This document shows, in pieces, positions 9,385 through 19,934 of a stretch of 64,000 nt of DNA. The DNA is taken from positions 51,797-115,796 of the forward strand of contig CAZJPV010000001.1 in NCBI GenBank assembly GCA_964547985.1, given 5' to 3'. The position numbers and the translations under genes were made by a program. The notes beneath the pieces were generated by a model. It was given only the letters and a program-made list of their open reading frames with translations, was not told the DNA's origin and made no database searches. The DNA comes from an uncultured Syntrophaceae bacterium (GTDB lineage: Bacteria > Desulfobacterota > Syntrophia > Syntrophales > UBA2192). How positions within the stretch are numbered: position 1 is the first letter of the stretch; the number at the start of each line of letters is the position of its first letter.

Positions 9385-11095
9385 AATGTTCCTGCCGACT
9401 GTGAGGGAAACACCGTCGGATGCGGAAATCGCGAGCCATAAGCTCATGATCAGAGCGGGATTGATCCGGAAGCTCGCGACAGGCATCTACTCGGTTTTAC
9501 CGCTCGGTTACCGTGTCGTCAAGAAGGTGGAGGCGATCATCCGTGAGGAGATGGATCGTGCCGGTGCCCAGGAGGTGTATCTTCCGGCCGTGCAGCCCGC
9601 CGAGCTCTGGCAGGAATCGGGACGCTGGAAAATGTACGGCAAAGAGCTCCTTCGGTTCAAAGACCGGCACAACCGTGAATGCTGTATCGGTCCGACGCAC
9701 GAGGAGGTCATTACGGATCTGGTGCGCAACGAAATCAAGACCTATCGTCAACTGCCCCGGAATCTTTACCAGATCCAGACGAAATTCAGGGATGAGATCC
9801 GGCCTCGGTTCGGCGTCATGCGATGCCGGGAGTTTGACATGAAGGATGCCTACAGCTTTGACATCGACTCGGAGGGCGCGGACATTAGCTACCAGAAAAT
9901 GTACGACGCCTATAGCCGGATTTTCAGCCGCATGGGTCTTAAGTTCAGAGCCGTTGAAGCGGACACGGGCAATATCGGCGGCAGTTTTTCCCACGAGTTT
10001 ATGGTGATTGCCGATACGGGGGAGGACGCGCTCATCTTCTGCACGAAATGCAGCTACGCCGCAAACCTGGAAAAAGCCGAAGTGGCCAAGCCGGAAAAGA
10101 AAGCCGTGAACCCTTCCGCCTTTCTTACCCTCGAGACGGTTCACACACCGAATGTCCGCACGATCGAGGAAGTCAGCAAGTTCCTCAGGGTCAAGCCGGG
10201 AGAAATCGTGAAGACCCTCATTTTCCAGGCAGACAGCAAGCCCGTTGCCGTCCTCATCCGCGGTGACGAAGAAGTGAACGAGGCCAAACTGAGAAGTTTT
10301 CTCGGCTGTGACATCCTGGAACTGGCCACCGATGATGTTGTCCTGGCGGTCACCGGATCACCAAAAGGCTTTGCCGGCGCCATCGGGGTCAAGGCGGACA
10401 TCTATGCCGACTACTCCCTGATGAACATGGTTAATTTCGTCATGGGCGCGAACAAGGAAGACTATCACGTCAGGAATGTTAACAACGGCCGAGATTTCCA
10501 GGTCAAGGCCTTTGCCGACCTGCGGGTCATCCTCAAGACGGATCCCTGTCCGAGATGCGGGAGTCGCCTCCGGTTCGCCAAAGGGATCGAGGTGGGGCAC
10601 GTCTTCAAGCTGGGGGACAAATACAGCAAGGCCATGCGGGCCACCTATCTCGACAAGAACGGCAGGGAACAGTACATGGTCATGGGCTGCTACGGCATCG
10701 GTGTCGGGAGGACCGTCGCGGCGATTATTGAACAGAATAACGACGACAAGGGGATCGTCTGGCCCATGTCGGTTTCCCCTTTTCAGGTGATGGTGGTCAC
10801 CGTTAACGTCAATGAAAAAGCCCTGGCGGAAGCAGCGGAACACCTCTACGGGGCGCTCAGGAAGAAAGGCGTCGAGGTTCTTCTGGATGATCGGGATGAG
10901 CGGGCGGGCGTGAAATTCAACGACGCCGACCTCATCGGGATCCCTCTTCGCATCACCCTGGGCCCCAAAAAACTCGCTGAGGGTGAGGCGGAGGTCCTGG
11001 TCCGGAAGACCGGTAAGACGAAGTCGTTGAAGCTGGAGAAGATCCCGGCCACTATATCCGGCATGGTCAAAAGAGGACTGCGAAAGCATACATGA
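9371..11095 (+). CDS. proS: Proline--tRNA ligase (with INS editing domain)
   Basis: GPTHEE, QTKFRDEIRPRFG, GIEVGHVFKLG, MGCYGIG, DADLIGIP. Confidence 0.97.
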   Translation: MRYSEMFLPTVRETPSDAEIASHKLMIRAGLIRKLATGIYSVLPLGYRVVKKVEAIIREEMDRAGAQEVYLPAVQPAELWQESGRWKMYGKELLRFKDRHNRECCIGPTHEEVITDLVRNEIKTYRQLPRNLYQIQTKFRDEIRPRFGVMRCREFDMKDAYSFDIDSEGADISYQKMYDAYSRIFSRMGLKFRAVEADTGNIGGSFSHEFMVIADTGEDALIFCTKCSYAANLEKAEVAKPEKKAVNPSAFLTLETVHTPNVRTIEEVSKFLRVKPGEIVKTLIFQADSKPVAVLIRGDEEVNEAKLRSFLGCDILELATDDVVLAVTGSPKGFAGAIGVKADIYADYSLMNMVNFVMGANKEDYHVRNVNNGRDFQVKAFADLRVILKTDPCPRCGSRLRFAKGIEVGHVFKLGDKYSKAMRATYLDKNGREQYMVMGCYGIGVGRTVAAIIEQNNDDKGIVWPMSVSPFQVMVVTVNVNEKALAEAAEHLYGALRKKGVEVLLDDRDERAGVKFNDADLIGIPLRITLGPKKLAEGEAEVLVRKTGKTKSLKLEKIPATISGMVKRGLRKHT

Positions 11096-13266
11096 TCCGA
11101 ATCACGGACATCCTGGACAAAGTGCAGCGATATGTCGAACCGGCCGATCTGGAGATGATCGAAAAAGCCTACATCTATTCGGCCGCGGTTCACCAGGGAC
11201 AGCTCCGGCTTTCGGGAGAGCCTTACATGACCCATCCCATGGAAGTGGCGAACATGCTGGCCGATATGCACATGGATGCCGCTTCCATCGCGACGGGCAT
11301 CCTTCATGACACCGTCGAGGACACCCTGGCGTCGCTCGAGGAAATCGAAAAGGCCTTCGGACAGGATGTGGCTTTCCTGGTCGACGGTCTCACGAAGATC
11401 AGTAAGATCACGCTGGCCAGCCAGGAGGAACGGCAGGCGGAAAATTTCAGGAAGATGATCCTGGCCATGTCATCGGACATCCGGATCATCCTGGTGAGAC
11501 TTGCCGACCGGCTCCACAATATGCGCACACTGCAATATCAGGCGCAGGACAGGCAAGAATACATCGCCCGCGAAACGCTCGATCTCTATGCGCCCCTCGC
11601 CAGCCGGCTGGGCATCAACTGGATGAAAACGGAACTGGAGGATCTCGCCTTCATGCACCTCCATCCGGTGGAATTTCAGGATCTGGCCCGGCGGATCGCT
11701 ATGAAGAGGGAAGGGCGCGAAAAGTACACGAAGGAAATCCGGGAGATCATCGAAAAGGAAATCCAGAACTACGACCTGAAGGCCGAGGTCGAGGGCAGGG
11801 CCAAGCATTATTTCAGTATCTACCAGAAGATGCAGGAGCAACAGATTGACTTTGACGAAGTCTACGATCTTCTCGCCTTCCGGATCATCCTGGACTCCAA
11901 CAAGGTGAAGGAGTGCTACGAAGCCCTGAGCGTTGTTCACGCGCTGTGGAAACCCGTCCCCGGCCGTTTCAAGGATTACATCGCTATGCCCAAGGCGAAC
12001 AACTATCGGTCTCTGCACACCACCGTCATCGGCCCCTACGGGGAGCGGGTGGAGATCCAGATCAGGACCCGGGAGATGCACCTGTGGGCCGAATCGGGAA
12101 TCGCGGCTCACTGGCGATACAAGGAGGGCGACCTGCTCCGGGGGAGGGATGAAGAGCAGATCCGAAAGCTCCGGGACCTTCTCGAGGTTCAGCAGGACCT
12201 GAAGGACCCGAGGGAGTTCATGCGAAATTTGAAGGTCGCTCTTTTTCCAGACGAGGTTTACGTTTTCACCCCGAAAGGGGAGGTCAGGGCTTTCCCGAAA
12301 GGGGCAACACCCATTGACTTCGCCTACAGCATCCACACGGATGTGGGGAATCAATGCATCGGGGGGCGCGTGAACCGGAACCTGGTTCCCCTCAAGTATG
12401 AACTTCGGAACGGTGACACAGTTGAAATCGTTACACAAACGGGTCATCACCCCAGTAAGGATTGGCTCAAGTACGCCGTGACCCCTCGGGCCATATCGAA
12501 GATCAAGGCCTGGATCAAGACGGAGGAGAGGAACCGCAGTATCGCCCTGGGTCGCGACATCCTGGATAAGGAGTTCAAGAAGCACCACATGAAGTTTGCC
12601 CAGGTCCTCAAATCCGACGAACTGAAAAAGCTCTGCGAAGAGCAGTCCGTGACGGATATCGACGACGTCATGGCACTCATCGGCTACGGAAAGGTCTCGG
12701 CCCGCGCGATTGTGAACCGTTTTCTGCCCGGAGAAGAGAAGCGGGAAGATTCGCTTCCGGAAAAGATCCTCAAGAAGTTCAGAAAACCGGAATCGGCCGG
12801 AATTTCGATTACCGGCATCGACGACATCATGGTCAAGTTCGCCAAGTGCTGCAACCCCCTTCCGGGGGATGAGGTTATCGGGCACATTTCCCGGGGCAGG
12901 GGAATGATTGTTCACACGACCAATTGCCCGATGGTCCATGACCTCGACCCGGAACGGCTCCTCGAGGTTCAGTGGAACGTACGGGACAAGCAAACTTACC
13001 CCGTCCACACGCGGGTGGTCTGTCATGACAAGAAGGGCCTTCTGGCGGAACTGAGTGCCAGCATCTCATCGGTCGACATCAATATTAGCCATGCCACCGT
13101 CGACACGACCCCGGATAAGATCGCCGTCTGTGAGTTCGACCTCGAGGTCCGTGACCTCAAGCACTTTAACGAGGTGGTGTCTGCCCTGAAAAAACTCAAA
13201 AGCGTCATCTCCGTTGAACGGGTGCGGGTCTCGGATGTTAAAACGGACAAGAAAAAGATGCACTGA
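11092..13266 (+). CDS. rel: Bifunctional (p)ppGpp synthetase/hydrolase (long RSH)
   Basis: HD domain (SGEPY, HDTVED), RFKD synthetase motif, AAHWRYK, TGS (DFAYSIHT), CCNP and ACT domain. Confidence 0.96.
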   Translation: MIRITDILDKVQRYVEPADLEMIEKAYIYSAAVHQGQLRLSGEPYMTHPMEVANMLADMHMDAASIATGILHDTVEDTLASLEEIEKAFGQDVAFLVDGLTKISKITLASQEERQAENFRKMILAMSSDIRIILVRLADRLHNMRTLQYQAQDRQEYIARETLDLYAPLASRLGINWMKTELEDLAFMHLHPVEFQDLARRIAMKREGREKYTKEIREIIEKEIQNYDLKAEVEGRAKHYFSIYQKMQEQQIDFDEVYDLLAFRIILDSNKVKECYEALSVVHALWKPVPGRFKDYIAMPKANNYRSLHTTVIGPYGERVEIQIRTREMHLWAESGIAAHWRYKEGDLLRGRDEEQIRKLRDLLEVQQDLKDPREFMRNLKVALFPDEVYVFTPKGEVRAFPKGATPIDFAYSIHTDVGNQCIGGRVNRNLVPLKYELRNGDTVEIVTQTGHHPSKDWLKYAVTPRAISKIKAWIKTEERNRSIALGRDILDKEFKKHHMKFAQVLKSDELKKLCEEQSVTDIDDVMALIGYGKVSARAIVNRFLPGEEKREDSLPEKILKKFRKPESAGISITGIDDIMVKFAKCCNPLPGDEVIGHISRGRGMIVHTTNCPMVHDLDPERLLEVQWNVRDKQTYPVHTRVVCHDKKGLLAELSASISSVDINISHATVDTTPDKIAVCEFDLEVRDLKHFNEVVSALKKLKSVISVERVRVSDVKTDKKKMH

Positions 13267-13280
13267 AACGGGCTTGCCCG

Positions 13281-13310
13281 TTGACAGTGAGCGAGGGATT
13301 GCTGTATAAG
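13281..13310 (+). promoter_or_regulatory. Putative sigma70 promoter for amidase-rph-rdgB
   Basis: TTGACA at 13281, 18-nt spacer, TATAAG. Confidence 0.5.
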
Positions 13311-13349
13311 CTTCTACCTTCAAACCCATCGCAGAGAGAAGCCTTCTTT

Positions 13350-14054
13350 ATGAAAAAAGCCGACTTTTCGATTGTTTTGTCGTTGGTCTTGATTCTCGGC
13401 GTGTGTCTCCTCCCCCCGAGCGCCGCAGCCAAGGACAGGGAAGGACGCTATGTCGTCCTGATCGATCCGGCCCATGGCGGGAGGGATGATGGGGTCAGAC
13501 TGTCGACGGGTCTTTTCGAGAAGGACGTGACCCTGACCATCGCTCGGCTTATCCAAAAGGACTTCGAAGGATCCAAGACGATACGGATACGGCTTTCGAG
13601 GATGGGGGATACCGATGTGCCCCGCTCCGACCGAGTCAGGGAAGCTATCAAATCGGAAGCGGATCTGTTTTTGAGCATCCATGTCAATGCGGGTTTCGAC
13701 AGGGAATCTTCCGGCTTTGAGGTCTATTTTCAGGGATTCCGCACATCGGCGTCTGCCAAGGGGGATAAGAGTGCGTCACAAGAAATTGTAAAAGACATGG
13801 TCCGGACCAAACGCCTCAACGAAAGTGTCCGTTTTGCCAAAATCCTCCAGGCCAAAATGGACAAGGTCTTCCCAAGGATGGACCGCGGGCTTCGTGAAGG
13901 GCCTGTCCTGGTTCTGCAGGGTCTCAACATCCCGGCGATCGCCCTGGAAGTCGGTTTTGCGACGAATGCGAAGGACCGCAAGAAACTGACCGACGAGGGG
14001 ATGCAGCGGTTCGTTTCCCACGCGATGAGCGAATCGATCAAGGAATTCTTCTAG
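13350..14054 (+). CDS. N-acetylmuramoyl-L-alanine amidase (Amidase_3), exported
   Basis: Signal peptide; IDPAHGG, EKDVTL, SIHVNA, LEVGF Zn ligands. Confidence 0.9.
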   Translation: MKKADFSIVLSLVLILGVCLLPPSAAAKDREGRYVVLIDPAHGGRDDGVRLSTGLFEKDVTLTIARLIQKDFEGSKTIRIRLSRMGDTDVPRSDRVREAIKSEADLFLSIHVNAGFDRESSGFEVYFQGFRTSASAKGDKSASQEIVKDMVRTKRLNESVRFAKILQAKMDKVFPRMDRGLREGPVLVLQGLNIPAIALEVGFATNAKDRKKLTDEGMQRFVSHAMSESIKEFF

Positions 14055-14780
14055 ATGAGAGCTAACGGCCGCCAGTGGAACGAGATGCGGGAAGTGAAGT
14101 TCGCCAAGAGCTTCCTCAAGTACCCCGCGGGGTCCATTCTGATCGAGATGGGGAATACGAAGGTCATTTGCACGGCCTCCATCGATGAAGGGGTCCCGCC
14201 CTTTCTTAAAAACACGGGGAGGGGATGGATCACCGCGGAATATTCCATGATCCCCGGATCGACGCATGTCAGGACGGCACGGGAAGCGGTGAGAGGGAGA
14301 CAGGGCGGAAGGACCCTCGAGATCCAGAGACTCATCGGTCGATCCCTGCGGGCCGTCACGGATCTCACTGCTTTCGGGGAGAGGACCATTGTCGTCGATT
14401 GCGACGTCATCCAGGCCGACGGGGGCACCCGCACCGCTTCCATCACCGGCGGCTGTCTCGCCCTGATCCAGGCCTTCGGGGGACTCAAAAAGCAGGGGGT
14501 AATCCATCGCATGCCGGTGAAAAATTTCGTCTCTGCCGTGAGTGTGGGCCTCGTGGAGGGGCAGGTTCTTCTGGATCTCGACTATGCAGAGGATTCTTCG
14601 GCCGAGGTGGACATGAATTTCGTGATGACGAGAAACGGCCTTTTCGTCGAGATCCAGGGCACAGCGGAAGCGACACCCTTTTCCAGGGATCTGCATGATC
14701 GGATGATCGACCTCGCGCTTCTGGGGAGCGCCTATCTGACCGGCAAGCAGATCGAACTTGCGGAGGACGTGATCAGCTGA
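14055..14780 (+). CDS. rph: Ribonuclease PH
   Basis: [42 protein letters not shown]. Confidence 0.97.
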   Translation: MRANGRQWNEMREVKFAKSFLKYPAGSILIEMGNTKVICTASIDEGVPPFLKNTGRGWITAEYSMIPGSTHVRTAREAVRGRQGGRTLEIQRLIGRSLRAVTDLTAFGERTIVVDCDVIQADGGTRTASITGGCLALIQAFGGLKKQGVIHRMPVKNFVSAVSVGLVEGQVLLDLDYAEDSSAEVDMNFVMTRNGLFVEIQGTAEATPFSRDLHDRMIDLALLGSAYLTGKQIELAEDVIS

Positions 14781-15385
14781 AAATTGTACTGGCATCAAAA
14801 AATAAGGGTAAAATCGACGAACTCAAATCAATGCTCCGGGATTGCGATGTGGAGATCCTTTCCCTGGAGGACTTTCCGGACATCCCGGACATTGAGGAAG
14901 ACGGGAAGAGCTTTTTTGAGAACGCCCTGATAAAGGCCAGAACGGTTTCACGTATTACAGGGGAGACGGTGCTTGCCGACGACTCGGGTCTCGAGGTGGA
15001 CGCTCTGGGCAGCGCACCCGGCATCTACTCCTCACGGTACGCCGGCCCGGACGCGACAGACGAAAAAAATATCCGGAAGCTTCTCGCTGAGCTCCAAGAG
15101 GTTGGTGCCGAAAACCGGGCCGCCGCATTCCGATGTGTCATCGTTCTTTTCCGGCCAGACGGGACGTTTGAGACCTTCGAAGGCTGCTGGCCCGGGAGGA
15201 TTCTATTCGAGCCGAGGGGAAAAGGAGGTTTCGGGTATGATCCGGTCTTCGAAGATTCGAAGCTCGGTCTTACGGCGGCGGAACTTTCACCGGACGTTAA
15301 AAATGCCATCAGCCATCGGGGGCAAGCCTTGACCCGGTTCAGGGAATGGATGGAAAAGACAGAGGTTAAGAGGACCAGAGGTTAA
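14777..15385 (+). CDS. rdgB: XTP/dITP diphosphatase (Ham1), probable CTG start
   Basis: [11 protein letters not shown] lies upstream of the first ATG (14831); [35 protein letters not shown]. Confidence 0.93.
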   Translation: MKIVLASKNKGKIDELKSMLRDCDVEILSLEDFPDIPDIEEDGKSFFENALIKARTVSRITGETVLADDSGLEVDALGSAPGIYSSRYAGPDATDEKNIRKLLAELQEVGAENRAAAFRCVIVLFRPDGTFETFEGCWPGRILFEPRGKGGFGYDPVFEDSKLGLTAAELSPDVKNAISHRGQALTRFREWMEKTEVKRTRG

Positions 15386-15473
15386 GAAGATTAGAAGTTA
15401 TGAAGATGAGATGAATGTGACAGAAAGCGTAGGATGATGGTCTCTTCCTGATCTTCTCAACTTCATAACTTCT
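15361..15473. repeat. 8-nt periodic GA-rich repeat with 19-bp inverted repeat
   Basis: Units agaggtta/agaggacc/agaggtta/agaagatt/agaagtta/tgaagatg; 15393-15411 matches the reverse complement of 15455-15473 with one mismatch. Confidence 0.7.
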
Positions 15474-15484
15474 TCATAGAACAG

Positions 15485-15561
<77 letters not shown>

Positions 15562-15571
15562 GAAAGTCCGG

Positions 15572-15602
15572 GGGCTCCGGCTCGTGTCGAAGCCCTTTTT
15601 TC
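15572..15602 (+). terminator. Putative intrinsic terminator after tRNA-Pro
   Basis: gggctccggc-tcgt-gtcgaagccc stem followed by T7. Confidence 0.65.
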
Positions 15603-15740
15603 ACGCGGAATGCGGTTCGGAATCCGTTATGCGGTGTTTATGTCACCTTTCGATTCGAATTGAGTATCACGGCCTTTTCTGCTAAATGGACAGATGAGAG
15701 AAGCGCCGTTACATGAAACGCTGTGGCAAGGGGATGGGTG

Positions 15741-16298
15741 ATGAGGTTTTTGTCGGCGGTCTTAAGTGTTCTTCTGGTTGTCATGGGATGCACACAGATC
15801 CCTGAGGGCCTGGAGCCCGTAAAGGGTTTCGATGTTGAAAGGTATCTCGGCAAATGGTACGAGATCGCAAGACTCGACCACTCCTTCGAACGCAATATGA
15901 GCAATGTGACGGCCGAATACTCACGGGGAAGCGGGGAGGAGATCCAGGTCCTGAACAGGGGCTTTGACATTCAAGAAGGGCAGTGGCGGGAAATCAGGGG
16001 TGTGGCCTGTTTTATCGGCGAGAAGAATATCGGGAGTCTCGAGGTATCCTTTTTCGGCCCTTTCTGGGGAGGATACCACATTATAGTTCTGGAGCGGGAA
16101 AACTACGGTTACGCCATGGTCACGGGTCCCAGCCGGTCCTATCTGTGGATTCTCTCCCGGGAAAAGACGCTGGACGAGCCGGTCCTCGCCGACCTGATTT
16201 CGAGAGCCAGGGCCTGGGGATTTGACACAGACCGGTTGATTTTCGTGGAGCACGACATGCCGGCCATGAATGTGTCCGATGCTCGAATGCATGGTTAG
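15741..16298 (+). CDS. blc: Bacterial lipocalin lipoprotein
   Basis: Lipobox VMGC; RYLGKWYEIARLDHSFER, LEVSFFGPF, YLWILSR. Confidence 0.92.
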   Translation: MRFLSAVLSVLLVVMGCTQIPEGLEPVKGFDVERYLGKWYEIARLDHSFERNMSNVTAEYSRGSGEEIQVLNRGFDIQEGQWREIRGVACFIGEKNIGSLEVSFFGPFWGGYHIIVLERENYGYAMVTGPSRSYLWILSREKTLDEPVLADLISRARAWGFDTDRLIFVEHDMPAMNVSDARMHG

Positions 16299-16322
16299 AT
16301 CTATTTTTCCGAGAGGTCAGAT

Positions 16323-17789
16323 ATGAGCAGGGAACATGTCCTGTCGATCATGAAGGGGTTCATCTTGATCGGAGTGGCGCTCCTGGTCGTGTCCTGTGCC
16401 GTCAACCCCGTCACCGGAGAGAGGGATCTCATGCTGGTCAGCGAAGAGGATGAAGTCAAACTCGGCCGGCAGACCGATGTCGGGGTGACTCAGGAGTACG
16501 GTCTCTACGATGATCAGAGGATGACGGACTATGTCAATGAAATGGGCCAGCGACTGGGCAAACTCTCACACCGTCCGGAGCTGGACTGGCATTTCAAGGT
16601 CCTCGACGCTTCCGTGGTCAACGCGTTTGCCGCCCCCGGGGGCTATGTTTATTTGACCCGGGGAATCCTCGCCACACTGAACAGCGAGGCGGAACTCGCG
16701 GGGGTCATGGGCCATGAGATTGGCCATGTCACGGCCCGTCATTCAGCACAGCAGATCAGCAAGGCCCAGATGGCTCAAGTCGGCCTGACCGGGTTATCCA
16801 TCGGCCTCGGAGTATTGGGCATCCCGGGCCTGTCGAACCTCGCGGAGCTCGGCGTTGGGGTCCTTTTTTTGAAATTCAGCAGGGACGACGAGCGGGAAGC
16901 CGACACATTGAGTATCGAATATGCCACGAAGGCGGGATACGATGCCTCTCAGATGGCAGGCTTTTTCGAAACGCTCCAGCGTATGGATTCAACATCGGAC
17001 CGCAGCGGACTGCCGAGCTGGTTCTCTACGCACCCGAGTCCCGAAGACCGAGAGAAGGCCATCCGGATCCAGTCGAAACAAATGCAGCAGAAAATGGGCC
17101 TCAGGGATCCAAAGATTGACCGGGAAGATTACTTGAGATCGATCGACGGTATCATCTACGGCGATGACCCGAGGCAGGGATACGCGGAAGGAAGTGTTTA
17201 TTACCACCCCGGAATGCGATTCCAGTTTCCCGTGCCGGCGGAGTGGAAGGTCAATGACACCCCGGCCGCAGTCCAGATGGTGAGCCAGAAGAAAGACGCC
17301 GTGATCCTCTTTTCCGGGGCGCCCGGGACGACGCCGCCCGACGCGGCACAAAAGTTTGTTTCCAAGACCAAGGCCAGTGTCCTCAGGAGCGATGAAACCC
17401 ACGTTCACGGATACCCAGCCCGGCGGGTCCTCTCCGATGTGACGAGCCAGAAGGGGACCATCAGGGTCCTGTCCTTCTTCATTCAGAAAGAAGAGGCCAT
17501 TTTCGCATTTCACGGCATGAGTTCCCAGCGCACTTTTCTCCAGTATGAACAGACTTTCAGTGACACATTCAGCGGGTTTGAAGAATTAAAGGATTCCAAG
17601 AAGCTAAACGTGCAGCCGGACCGTATCAGGCACCGGATCACAAAGAAGACGGACACCATCGAGAATGCCCTCCGGACGCTCGGTATCCCCGGTGATAAAG
17701 TGAAGGAGGTGTTGGTTCTCAACGGCATGACACCGGGACAGACCCTTCCCGCCGGCACGCTGATCAAAGTCGTCGATTATGGACGATAA
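16323..17789 (+). CDS. M48 family Zn-metalloprotease lipoprotein (BepA-like N-terminus, LysM-like C-terminus)
   Basis: Lipobox VVSC-AVNPVTG; NAFAAPGG, HEIGH, FSRDDEREAD, STHP. Confidence 0.9.
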   Translation: MSREHVLSIMKGFILIGVALLVVSCAVNPVTGERDLMLVSEEDEVKLGRQTDVGVTQEYGLYDDQRMTDYVNEMGQRLGKLSHRPELDWHFKVLDASVVNAFAAPGGYVYLTRGILATLNSEAELAGVMGHEIGHVTARHSAQQISKAQMAQVGLTGLSIGLGVLGIPGLSNLAELGVGVLFLKFSRDDEREADTLSIEYATKAGYDASQMAGFFETLQRMDSTSDRSGLPSWFSTHPSPEDREKAIRIQSKQMQQKMGLRDPKIDREDYLRSIDGIIYGDDPRQGYAEGSVYYHPGMRFQFPVPAEWKVNDTPAAVQMVSQKKDAVILFSGAPGTTPPDAAQKFVSKTKASVLRSDETHVHGYPARRVLSDVTSQKGTIRVLSFFIQKEEAIFAFHGMSSQRTFLQYEQTFSDTFSGFEELKDSKKLNVQPDRIRHRITKKTDTIENALRTLGIPGDKVKEVLVLNGMTPGQTLPAGTLIKVVDYGR

Positions 17790-17863
17790 GAATCGGAATT
17801 TTATGCAGGGGTGAAGACCACGGAAGACCGGGGCTCGGGGGTTGGATCATCAGAGCCGTTCGG

Positions 17864-17890
17864 AGGCCGTCCTATCGGATGGCCTTTTTT
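17864..17890 (+). terminator. Intrinsic terminator after M48 gene
   Basis: aggccgtcc-tatc-ggatggcct followed by T-run, between convergent genes. Confidence 0.8.
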
Positions 17891-18375
17891 CAGAACCGGA
17901 TTTTGTCACCGACCTTGACACCCTTTTTCCTGAACCAGCCCCGGTTCACCTCGAGGGCGTAGAGGACAGGAGAGCGTGAACTGCAGGTCTTCTCCGAGAG
18001 AGGGGTCAAGGGGAGGATCTCCGTGATCATTCCATCGGCAGAGATAAAGGCGATGTCAAGAGGAATGGTCGTATTCTTCATCCAGAAGGCAAGGTGCTGC
18101 GCTTTTTCATAGACGAAAAGCATCCCCCGGTTCCAGGGGAGACTTTCCCTGAACATGAGTCCCCGGGCCTGTACTTCCGGTGTGGAGACGACCTCGACCC
18201 AGAGAACGGCAGAACCGACGGAAATCCTTGCCAGGCGAGAATCGGCAGGCAGGGTCGCCTGAGTGCTGCCTGCCTCGGGTGTCGAAACCTGGCAGAAGAC
18301 CGCCGTCTGTAAAAATGAGAAGAAACACAAGAGGGCTATGGGCCACACATTCGACCGGTTCATAAAGCCTGTCAT
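17890..18375 (-). CDS. DUF192 family protein
   Basis: RGLMFR, GMLFVY, FWMKNTTIPLDIAF, ALEVNRGW; signal peptide. Confidence 0.92.
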   Translation of the reverse strand: MTGFMNRSNVWPIALLCFFSFLQTAVFCQVSTPEAGSTQATLPADSRLARISVGSAVLWVEVVSTPEVQARGLMFRESLPWNRGMLFVYEKAQHLAFWMKNTTIPLDIAFISADGMITEILPLTPLSEKTCSSRSPVLYALEVNRGWFRKKGVKVGDKIRF

Positions 18376-19745
18376 CCTCTTTGGGTTTTTGCACCCAGTT
18401 TGAGCAGGATGGCGTTGAGTATGTCCTCGACCATCTTTCGCTCGACCTGGAGGGTTTCAGGGGTGGATGCCTCGAAACGCAGCACCAGGACCGGTTGGGT
18501 ATTTGAAGCCCTCACGAGCCCCCAGCCGTCGTTGAAGATGATGCGCACGCCGTCGATCTCGATCGTCTTGTAATCCTTCCGGAAATATTTCTTGATCTCC
18601 TGGGTGGCCTTGAACTTCAACTCATCAGGGCAGTCGATCCGGATCTCCGGCGTGGTGTAGCTCTTCGGTACGTCGGCAAGAAGCTCGCTTAATTTCTGTT
18701 CCGTCCCCGACAGGATTTCCAGCAGCCTCACGGCTGCGTACAGGGCATCATCGTATCCGAAGTAACGGTCGGCAAAGAAGAGGTGACCGCTCATTTCGCC
18801 TGCCAGCACGGCTTTCTCCTCCTTCATTTTCCCCTTGATCAGGGAATGACCCGCCTTCCACATCACAGACCGTCCGCCGTGCTTCTCGATGTCGTCGTAG
18901 AGCCGCTGGGAGCATTTCACCTCCCCGATGATGGTGGCACCGGGCCTTTCCTTCAAGACAAAGCGGGAAAATAGAAGCAGCAGCTCATCTCCCCAGAGGA
19001 TCTCCCCCCGGTCGGTCACGACGCCGATCCGGTCGCCGTCACCGTCGAGACCGATGCCGACATCGGCTTTTTCTTGAAGAACGCCCTGGATGAGTTCCTT
19101 CAGATTTGCCGGGACGGTGGGATCGGGGAAGTGGTTTGGAAAACGGCCGTCCATGTCACAATAGAGGCACGTGACCCGGCAGCCGAGTTTCTTCAGGATC
19201 GGCGCGATAAAATATCCGCCCATACCATTTCCACCATCGACGATGACCCTGAGTCCCCTGCGGAGTTTCACATTCTTAAAGAGGAAATCCCCGTACGCCT
19301 CTGTCACTTCGGCCGTCCTGGCGGCACCACGACCGGCGACGTACACCCCTCTTTCCATGATCCGTCTCAAAGCCTGAATATCTTCGCCGTAGATCGTGTC
19401 CGGACCCACACAGATCTTGAAGCCGTTGAACTCCGGCGGGTTGTGGCTTCCCGTCACCATCACGCCGCCGTCGCTGTTGTAGTGACGAATAGCAAAATAA
19501 AGCATGGGGGTGGCACAGAGACCTACGTCGGTAACGTTCATCCCCGTGGCCATCAGTCCTTCCTTCATGGCACCGGCGTATTCTTCCGAGCTGAGGCGGC
19601 AATCTCTTCCCAGGACCATCGTCCGGACCCCTCTTTCGGCCCCGAACGTGCCGATGGTCTGCCCAAGGTTGTAGACCAATTCGAAGTCGAGGTCCCGTCC
19701 GACCAGACCCCGGACATCGTATTCCCGAAATATTTCCGGATTCAT
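18372..19745 (-). CDS. Phosphomannomutase/phosphoglucomutase (AlgC type)
   Basis: IFREYDVRG, TGSHNP, DGDGDR, GEMSGH, RASNTQP. Confidence 0.95.
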   Translation of the reverse strand: MNPEIFREYDVRGLVGRDLDFELVYNLGQTIGTFGAERGVRTMVLGRDCRLSSEEYAGAMKEGLMATGMNVTDVGLCATPMLYFAIRHYNSDGGVMVTGSHNPPEFNGFKICVGPDTIYGEDIQALRRIMERGVYVAGRGAARTAEVTEAYGDFLFKNVKLRRGLRVIVDGGNGMGGYFIAPILKKLGCRVTCLYCDMDGRFPNHFPDPTVPANLKELIQGVLQEKADVGIGLDGDGDRIGVVTDRGEILWGDELLLLFSRFVLKERPGATIIGEVKCSQRLYDDIEKHGGRSVMWKAGHSLIKGKMKEEKAVLAGEMSGHLFFADRYFGYDDALYAAVRLLEILSGTEQKLSELLADVPKSYTTPEIRIDCPDELKFKATQEIKKYFRKDYKTIEIDGVRIIFNDGWGLVRASNTQPVLVLRFEASTPETLQVERKMVEDILNAILLKLGAKTQRG

Positions 19746-19870
19746 TGATTGCTCCGTTGAAAAATTTCAGGATGAATACCATAAAACCGCTGTGAGCACA
19801 ACCAATGAAGGGTGTTTTCAGCGGGTCTCCTGACCTCGCATTTGTCTGACGTAAAGACACCTTTTTCTTC

Positions 19871-19899
19871 TTGACATTTAAAAAAGCTTCGTTTATGAA
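19871..19899 (+). promoter_or_regulatory. Putative sigma70 promoter of the leader/ABC operon
   Basis: TTGACA, 17 nt, TATGAA, about 35 nt upstream of the leader ATG. Confidence 0.55.
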
Positions 19900-19934
19900 T
19901 AAACCCATAAAAAACAAAGGGAAGTAAACTCGAA

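Noticed and set aside
15562-17890. Possible genomic island at tRNA-Pro (blc, M48 protease)
   Set aside because: No integrase, no duplicated tRNA 3' end and no clear compositional shift seen.
18244-18274. 9-bp inverted repeat ggcaggcag/ctgcctgcc inside DUF192
   Set aside because: Single short copy in GC-rich coding sequence; no other copies noticed in the window.
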